Both the position numbers and the translations under genes were made by a program. Shown one piece after another: positions 57,656 through 64,000 of a DNA stretch of 64,000 bases. Source of the DNA: Thermoplasmata archaeon (GTDB taxonomy: Archaea; Thermoplasmatota; E2; DHVEG-1). The notes beneath the pieces are model-generated. The model did no database searches. It was given only the letters and a program-made list of their open reading frames with translations, and was not told where the DNA came from. The stretch's first letter is position 1; every line of letters starts with the position of its first letter. The stretch lies in the NCBI GenBank assembly GCA_003942085.1, contig DQIQ01000001.1:24950-88949 (forward strand), written 5' to 3'.

Positions 57656-58909
57656 ATGTTAAGAAAATCGATATTAAAGGCAGCCTTGGTCATTATCATC
57701 GCCTTAGCAATGATTATCCCAGCGTCGGCGATAAACACAAAAACAAAAACCTTAAGCGTCGTTTCACCTCAACCAATAACGACGAATAGAGACATCATCT
57801 TTGAAGATAGCTTTGAAGCCTACGATGATTGGCTCATTGATTTCCCGCCATGGACATGTATCGATGTTGATGGATCAGTAACTTTTACTCATACCGGATA
57901 TACCTGGCCTCATCAATTAGAACCCCAAGCATTCATTATCTTCAACCCTGCCACAACTGTACCACCATCAACAGAAGCAGCTATGGCGCCTCACACAGGT
58001 GCTAAAGAAGCAATGGCGATTAATGATGACAATACCGGATACGTCAGCGATGATTGGCTCATAACCCCACAGCTTTCAGGTTCATATGACTCAGTCACGT
58101 TCTGGGCACATTCATACAGTAGCCAGTACAATTTAGAGAGGATCACCGTCTGTGTTTCCACAACCGATACCGATCCAGCGAGTTTTACAATGATCTCACC
58201 AGATCCCTATCTCACCGTGCCACTGGACTGGACAGAATATACTTACGATATCAGCAGCTATTCCGGTCAAGCCATCTACATTGGAATTCACTATATGTCA
58301 ACAGACTCTTGGATGCTATTCTTAGATGACTTCCAAGTCACAGGCAGTGCTGGAGATGCCACACCACCAGTCACCACATGTACTCTTGAGGGGACCATGG
58401 ATGGAGAAATCTACACCAGTGACGTTACTGTGACCTTGACTGCGACCGACGACATGTCTGGTGTGAACTACACCAGGTATAAGGTTGACGGTGGCGAATG
58501 GAACATCTACACCGCACCATTTGTTGTCTCTGGAAACGGCGAACACATCGTAGCTTTCTACTCAGCCGACATTGCAGGAAACATTGAAACGGAAAAATCA
58601 GCGACATTCACTATACAATACCCAATCGAAATCACCATAAAAGGTGGAATGGGCGTCTCTGCGGTTATTAAAAACACTGGATCGTCAGATCTGACGGACA
58701 TCGCCTGGAGCATCTCACTTAAAGGAGGCATTTTGTTAAAAGCAAATCAGACATCGGGTAACATCCTCCAACTTGCCGCAGGTGCCTCAACGACAAAGAA
58801 ACTTCCGGTCCTTGGATTCGGAAAAACGACGATCACCGTCCTTGTGAATGGCATTCCGAAGACTGGACAAGGATTCATCTTCCTGTTCTTCGCCCTCGGG
58901 GTCAAATAA
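57656..58909 (+). CDS. Secreted protein with a choice-of-anchor-J / gingipain cleaved-adhesin-like domain and an Ig-like domain.
   Basis: A signal peptide is followed by DDSFEAYDDWLIDFPPWTCIDVDG...SDDWLITPQL...VTFWAHSY, then SGVNYTRYKVDGGEWNIYTAPFVVSGNGEHIVAFYSADIAGNIE. Confidence 0.45.
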   Translation: MLRKSILKAALVIIIALAMIIPASAINTKTKTLSVVSPQPITTNRDIIFEDSFEAYDDWLIDFPPWTCIDVDGSVTFTHTGYTWPHQLEPQAFIIFNPATTVPPSTEAAMAPHTGAKEAMAINDDNTGYVSDDWLITPQLSGSYDSVTFWAHSYSSQYNLERITVCVSTTDTDPASFTMISPDPYLTVPLDWTEYTYDISSYSGQAIYIGIHYMSTDSWMLFLDDFQVTGSAGDATPPVTTCTLEGTMDGEIYTSDVTVTLTATDDMSGVNYTRYKVDGGEWNIYTAPFVVSGNGEHIVAFYSADIAGNIETEKSATFTIQYPIEITIKGGMGVSAVIKNTGSSDLTDIAWSISLKGGILLKANQTSGNILQLAAGASTTKKLPVLGFGKTTITVLVNGIPKTGQGFIFLFFALGVK

Positions 58910-59001
58910 TACCCCATATCTTTTTTTTATTTTTTTCTTATCTGTTTAAAAAAGAATGAAAGAAAAAAAGAAATAAAACGACCATTCAAGGTCGTTTGAA
59001 C

Positions 59002-60141
59002 TTATTCAAGAACGTGTATGTTTTTCTTTTGACAAATATCTTTGAGATCCTTTGGCCAGACCGTGACGCTGACTTCACCAAGGTGCGCTTTTTTCAACAG
59101 ATACATATATGTTCTTGACTGACCGATCCCACCACCGATGCTCAGCGGTATTTTATTGTTCAGAATCGCTTGGTGATAGGGCAGTTTGAGGAAATCTGTT
59201 TGACCGGACAATTCGAGTTGTTTTTTCAGTGTCTCCGGAGTAACCCTGATGCCCATTGAGGAAAGCTCATGCCGTCGCTGGGTGACCGGATTCCACACGA
59301 GGATATCTCCATTCAGCCCGTAGGTTTGTTTTTTGGTTTCCTTGGAGGTATCAGTGATCCAATCATCGTAATCAGCGGCCCGCATCTCATGAGGATATCC
59401 ATCCTTTAGCACCGAACCGATACCAATAATGAAGATCGCTGGATGGTCCTGAAGGATTGCGGTTTCCCGCTGCTTCCGAGGCATCTCAGGGTACATCTCC
59501 AGGATTTCTTCAGCATGGAAGAACTCAAGCTTGTCAGGGAGATTAGGAATCGTTTTAGATTCGAGCTGTGGGAATTCATCAAGGACGAGGTTCTCCGCGC
59601 CTTTAATGACTTTCCAGATTTTATTGACTGTCTCTTTAAGGTATTTGATGTTCCTTTGTTCTTTTGAAATGACTTTCTCCCAATCCCATTGGTCCACATA
59701 CGCGCTGTGGTCATGGTCAAGGAAATAGTCTTTCCGGACCGCACGCATATCGGTGTTCAGACCCTCGCCCACATTCATATCGAATTCTTTGAGTGCCATC
59801 CGTTTCCATTTCGTCGCTGCTTGAACAACCTGCGCCTGGATCCTCTTCTCAAGACCAAGCCCACAAGGAAATTCAATAGGAGTCCTTGAACCGTCACGGT
59901 CAAGATAGTCGTTTACCCCACTATCTTTGTCGACAATCAAAGGAACCGTGACCATCATAAGATTCAGTTCTTTTCCTAAATTTTCCTCGATGTAGTATTT
60001 CGCCGCGAACACTGCCTTCTGTGTTTCCTTTGGCGTCAGCAATGACTTATAGTTTTTTGGAAGGACTTTCTCTACTTCTTTATAGGTACTGATACCTGGC
60101 CCCGCGAGATCCGCTTTCTTATTTGACATCATATGAATCAA
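59002..60141 (-). CDS. asnA: Aspartate--ammonia ligase (asparagine synthetase A).
   Basis: AYVDQWDWEKV, DYDDW, LNGDILVWNPV, SSMGIRV and IGGGIGQSR align with AsnA. Confidence 0.8.
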   Translation of the reverse strand: MIHMMSNKKADLAGPGISTYKEVEKVLPKNYKSLLTPKETQKAVFAAKYYIEENLGKELNLMMVTVPLIVDKDSGVNDYLDRDGSRTPIEFPCGLGLEKRIQAQVVQAATKWKRMALKEFDMNVGEGLNTDMRAVRKDYFLDHDHSAYVDQWDWEKVISKEQRNIKYLKETVNKIWKVIKGAENLVLDEFPQLESKTIPNLPDKLEFFHAEEILEMYPEMPRKQRETAILQDHPAIFIIGIGSVLKDGYPHEMRAADYDDWITDTSKETKKQTYGLNGDILVWNPVTQRRHELSSMGIRVTPETLKKQLELSGQTDFLKLPYHQAILNNKIPLSIGGGIGQSRTYMYLLKKAHLGEVSVTVWPKDLKDICQKKNIHVLE

Positions 60142-60239
60142 ACCTTCTTCCAGGCAAAACAGAAGAGATATTTAAACCTTTATCACGCCCCTAAAAGGAG
60201 AAAGCATGAATATGGATAAAAAAAGGAAAGGAGTGTGCA

Positions 60240-60686
60240 CTACTCCTGTTTGATTTGTTCTGCTATAGAAACAACAGTAACGTTCACCACGATTCGCTTC
60301 CCTGCCAACAGATGATTCATATCCAAGGTGAATGTCTGTTCGTCCATCGCAACAATCGTCCCAATAAAAGATCTCCCGGTCGGTGCATCGATCTTTATAC
60401 GAGAGCCAACCTCTAGCGGGATATCAGGTTTGAACACCGATTTTGGCACTTTGATGATAAGGTCATCCACATGAGGACCGAACGCATCTTCAGCCTCAAG
60501 GGTCACCACCTTCGAATCGCCCTCAGTCATATCATGCAATTCTTCCTCTATGCGAGGAAAGAATTTCCCTTCGCCCACCACAATCTCAAGAGGGTTCTCC
60601 GCATCGTTCTTATAACAAAGCTCCCCCGACTCCAATTTAGCCTCACATAAAAGCCGAACCGTATCCCCGTCCTTTATACTCTTCAT
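60240..60686 (-). CDS. FKBP-type peptidyl-prolyl cis-trans isomerase.
   Basis: A short archaeal FKBP: DGDTVRLLCEAKLESGEL...LEIVVGEGKFFPRIEEEL. Confidence 0.75.
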   Translation of the reverse strand: MKSIKDGDTVRLLCEAKLESGELCYKNDAENPLEIVVGEGKFFPRIEEELHDMTEGDSKVVTLEAEDAFGPHVDDLIIKVPKSVFKPDIPLEVGSRIKIDAPTGRSFIGTIVAMDEQTFTLDMNHLLAGKRIVVNVTVVSIAEQIKQE

Positions 60687-60820
60687 ACGCTCTCCATCCG
60701 AATACTCATCCCAACAAACAAAAAAAACACACTACTCGGAGCATTGGTGCATCAATTTCATCCGCAGGGTAGAAAATCCTATCTCATAACCGTACTTAAA
60801 TATTTGTGTTTTTATAAGAA

Positions 60821-62896
60821 TTAAAGGGGACACAAACCTGTAGGACACCCTCCAGCGAAATCAGTCGTAACCACGATTGGTTTACCTGTCCCAAGATACA
60901 AGACCTGTTCAGGTTTGCTGCCGTAGCGGTACACGGTGATCCCTTTACATTTCAGCTTCCACGCAAGCAGATAAATATTTCTCACATCTTCAGGGCTGGA
61001 ATCCTTTGGTAGATTCACGGTCTTGCTGACTGCATTATCAACATGTCGTTGGAACGCGGCTTGCATCCGGACATGAATCTCTGCTGCAATATCAAGGGAG
61101 GTGACAAAGATTTTTTTCAGGTCCGCTGGAAGCTTTATACTTTTTATATTCCCGGTTTTGGATATCGAACGGATCAGCTCATCAGAATAAAGATCACGTC
61201 GAATCAACTCTCGCTTAAATGTCTCATTTACCTCTGGCAGATGTTTTCCATCCATTACCCGGCGTAAGAACGCTAATGCAAACACCGGTTCGATACCTGA
61301 GGAACAGCCAGCAACGATGCTGATAGTCCCGGTCGGTGCTATCGTGATACAGGTCGCATTCCTCATCGCAGGATACTTCTTCTGCCAGATACTTTGCTGA
61401 AAATTCATAAAAGACCCGCGTTGCTTCCCAAGCTCCACTGATTTTTCCCGTGCTTCTTTTGCCACAAACCTGATGAGCCGTTCACCGAGCTGCAACGCCT
61501 CTTTGCTATCATAGGGGGTCTTAAGCATGAACAAAAGATCAGCAAATCCCATCACCCCAAGACCGATTTTCCGATGTGCTTTTGTAATCTTCTCTGTCTC
61601 TTTCAGCGGATAATTATTCGCATCAATGACGTTATCTAAAAAATGAACGGCAAGTCGTGTAGTTGCTCGCAGTTTCTTCCAATCAAGTTTTCCATTTTTA
61701 ATCATCCGTACAAGATTAATACTGCCTAAATTACAGGATTCATATGCTAATAAGGGAACCTCCCCGCACGGGTTCGTCGCTTCGATCAGACCTGTCTGTC
61801 TCAACGGATTTTTTCTGTTGATTTCATCAATAAACAGCAGTCCCGGATCCCCAGTCTCCCAGGCATTTCGCACAATTAGCTCAAATAGATCAGCCGCGTT
61901 TATCTTTTGAACAACCTTACCGGTCTTTGGGCTTCGCAACACCACTACCTTATTGGTCAGTACCTTTCTCATGAACGAATCAGTCACGGCAACTGAAATA
62001 TTAAAATTCGTGAGTCTTTTACCGGATTTGGCGGTCACAAAATCAGGGATATCTGGATGAGTACAGTGGAGAATACCGATATTTGCGCCCCGGCGTTTCC
62101 CCCCTTGTTTAATCACCTCGGTCGTACTATCATAGATCCGCATAAACGAAATAGGGCCACTTGCGACACCTTTGGTGCTTTTCACGATCGCACCTTTTTC
62201 TCGCAGACGACTAAAACTAAACCCAGTCCCGCCCCCTGATTGCTGGATCAATGCCATATTCTTCAGACTAGAAAAAATCCCCTCCAAACTATCCTCGATG
62301 GGCAAAACGAAACAAGCGGACAACTGCCCAAGCTTCGTTCCTGCATTCATGAGCGTTGGTGAGTTTGGAAGAAACTCCAAATTCCGCATCGCAGTAAAAA
62401 AAGCTTCCTCTGTTCTATTTGGGTCTTTCCCATAGAGGGCATCTTGTTCTGCGATTGTTTTTGCCACCCGCCTGAATAGCTGTGTCGGTGTTTCTATAAT
62501 CTTTCCAGTCTCATCTCTTAGAAGATACCGTTCCTCAAGGACTTTGAGGGCGTTGACATCCAGTTTCAAATCATCATGTATCTTGAAATACTGCTTGATT
62601 TCACGGGCGATCCCCCGGGAACGTCGATATAGTGAATATGCTTTATACACACGCTCTTCTCGTTGTTCAAGCACTTCTTCGACGGTTTCTTGAATCTGTT
62701 CAATCGTGGGGATACCATTGAAAAAAGTGGATTGTTTGGAGTTTAGTGACTCGACGATTTTTTTAGATAGAAATTCAGCTTTTTTTCTGCTCGTCAAACC
62801 TAGCGCTAGCATTGCCTTCTGTATAGCGACCGTGATTTTTTCAGCATCAAAGGGAACAATATCTCCGGTTCGCTTTCGAACAGTGGTAATCGTCAT
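60821..62896 (-). CDS. nrdJ: Adenosylcobalamin-dependent ribonucleotide reductase (class II) with an N-terminal ATP cone.
   Basis: The ATP cone is VRKRTGDIVPFDAEKITVAIQKA. The active-site TNPCGEVPL and the C-terminal CPTGLCPL are present. No intein is evident. Confidence 0.85.
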   Translation of the reverse strand: MTITTVRKRTGDIVPFDAEKITVAIQKAMLALGLTSRKKAEFLSKKIVESLNSKQSTFFNGIPTIEQIQETVEEVLEQREERVYKAYSLYRRSRGIAREIKQYFKIHDDLKLDVNALKVLEERYLLRDETGKIIETPTQLFRRVAKTIAEQDALYGKDPNRTEEAFFTAMRNLEFLPNSPTLMNAGTKLGQLSACFVLPIEDSLEGIFSSLKNMALIQQSGGGTGFSFSRLREKGAIVKSTKGVASGPISFMRIYDSTTEVIKQGGKRRGANIGILHCTHPDIPDFVTAKSGKRLTNFNISVAVTDSFMRKVLTNKVVVLRSPKTGKVVQKINAADLFELIVRNAWETGDPGLLFIDEINRKNPLRQTGLIEATNPCGEVPLLAYESCNLGSINLVRMIKNGKLDWKKLRATTRLAVHFLDNVIDANNYPLKETEKITKAHRKIGLGVMGFADLLFMLKTPYDSKEALQLGERLIRFVAKEAREKSVELGKQRGSFMNFQQSIWQKKYPAMRNATCITIAPTGTISIVAGCSSGIEPVFALAFLRRVMDGKHLPEVNETFKRELIRRDLYSDELIRSISKTGNIKSIKLPADLKKIFVTSLDIAAEIHVRMQAAFQRHVDNAVSKTVNLPKDSSPEDVRNIYLLAWKLKCKGITVYRYGSKPEQVLYLGTGKPIVVTTDFAGGCPTGLCPL

Positions 62897-62950
62897 AGTT
62901 TCTAATCATAAGTAGGTTATAAAAACATGTATGACGAATCGAAGGAATCT

Positions 62951-64000
62951 TTACATTGGACGGACATGAGATAAATTTTGCATTCCGATCGCAAGTGCTT
63001 CTAATCCATTCTGTAATATTTCTGAATCACAGCCAAATGATAATCGAATAAAACCTTCCGAATTGAAATACGCCCCAGGGTTCACCAATACCTTCTGTGT
63101 CTCAAACAAATGTTTACAGAGGTCGACGGAGGGGAGCTTCAAGGAATATTTCGGAAAACAAACCAGACCGCCCTCAGGCTCAACCCACGTCAAAATATCC
63201 GGGTTCTGATTCATCCATTTTTTTAAAATAGCACGGTTTGTTGTCGCTTGTTTCTGAAATCGTTTCATCACGGTATCACGAGCATCCTTAAGGAGACGCG
63301 CTGTCATGATTTCAGAGACATATGATGACGCACCAGTGGTGTGCGCTTTCATTCGCTGACATCGCATCGCAATTTCTTCTGGTGCGACTATCCATCCAGA
63401 ATGAAGCCCACCAAGACCATAGATCTTCGTCGCACTTGACGTCACCAGAACATTCGGCAACCCAAATGATGAAGGTTTTTTCGTAATGGCACCATCAAGA
63501 AAGATTTCATCGACCAGAACGAACGCATCATGATCACACGCAACCTCAGCAACAGCTTTAATTGTTGTCGCATCAGTATACACACCACTCGGGTTATGAA
63601 GATTCGTAAGCACGACCAACTTGGTTTTTTTCGTAAAAAGATTCTTGAGTGCCTCCAAATCGACTCTGAATTCGTTTTCAAATGTGCGCGGCCAGTTGAT
63701 GCGTTGTGCGCCAAGCATTTCAGGGGTCAGCCACATCGGCTGGTACCCTGGTTGTTCGACGATGAACTCATCTCCTTTGCTGAGAAGAGAAGAAAAAACA
63801 AGGTAGTTTGCCTCAGAAGCACCGGTGGTGGTGACGATATTATTCACTGTACAGTCATATAGAGAACGAAGACACTCTTTCAACTCAGAGGCTCCATACT
63901 GCTGATTTACACCAAGATCAAAGGTATTAGGGAGTAAAAAACTGGTAAGCTCAGTAAATTCTTCTACCGTCAATCCAGAGATGTTACTATAGGCAAGGTT
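62951..64000 (-). CDS. Class I/II PLP-dependent aminotransferase, 5'-partial (the start lies beyond the window end).
   Basis: LVVLTNLHNPSGV...SSATKIYGLGGLHSGWIV contains the PLP Lys region. The reading frame stays open to position 64000, and the ORF-track start at 63973 is a TTG. Confidence 0.65.
   Translation of the reverse strand, partial: NLAYSNISGLTVEEFTELTSFLLPNTFDLGVNQQYGASELKECLRSLYDCTVNNIVTTTGASEANYLVFSSLLSKGDEFIVEQPGYQPMWLTPEMLGAQRINWPRTFENEFRVDLEALKNLFTKKTKLVVLTNLHNPSGVYTDATTIKAVAEVACDHDAFVLVDEIFLDGAITKKPSSFGLPNVLVTSSATKIYGLGGLHSGWIVAPEEIAMRCQRMKAHTTGASSYVSEIMTARLLKDARDTVMKRFQKQATTNRAILKKWMNQNPDILTWVEPEGGLVCFPKYSLKLPSVDLCKHLFETQKVLVNPGAYFNSEGFIRLSFGCDSEILQNGLEALAIGMQNLSHVRPM

Overview
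This 64 kb window appears archaeal, AT-rich and densely coded. Archaeal markers include an NMD3-family protein, a PGF-CTERM sorting signal, an MvhAGD-type [NiFe] hydrogenase, a geranylgeranyl-reductase-family enzyme, a tRNA without an encoded CCA tail and oligo-T terminators. Mixed in are several bacterial-type genes: metK, ATP-dependent pfkA, a queG-like gene and a Pat-like ACS-GNAT fusion. The housekeeping blocks hold metK, a PfkB kinase, an HD-domain dNTPase, cysD-cysN-cysC, PFOR, an HDAC-family deacylase, the hydrogenase operon, asnA, a class II RNR, an FKBP and an aminotransferase. Two accessory features stand out. (1) At 4.4-7.7 kb there is a compact operon of thiol-disulfide oxidoreductases (Grx-like, TrxA, TlpA-like lipoprotein, PGF-CTERM protein, NapH-like membrane polyferredoxin, membrane Trx-like protein). 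(2) A tRNA-Leu(CAA) gene at 39.8 kb has its 3'-terminal 22 nt repeated as direct copies at 24.4, 26.6 and 28.65 kb, each flanked by TTACTAGTA-type palindromes. These repeats bracket a roughly 15 kb integrated region with no integrase. It encodes a B12-radical SAM enzyme, a family of N-glycosylation-sequon-rich surface proteins that share an N-terminal CDCE module and a C-terminal LPSN...VTWNTxP module, a PQQ-propeller/PKD protein, and a 2202-aa M28-peptidase/PKD/LamG giant protein. The region also shows a segmental duplication and a frameshifted gene. A PAPS-synthesis operon coupled to a sulfotransferase and a glycosyltransferase (13.4-18.2 kb), together with a secreted arylsulfotransferase (55.7 kb), points to sulfated extracellular glycoconjugates. 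No CRISPR arrays, rRNA genes or recognisable transposases or integrases were found.
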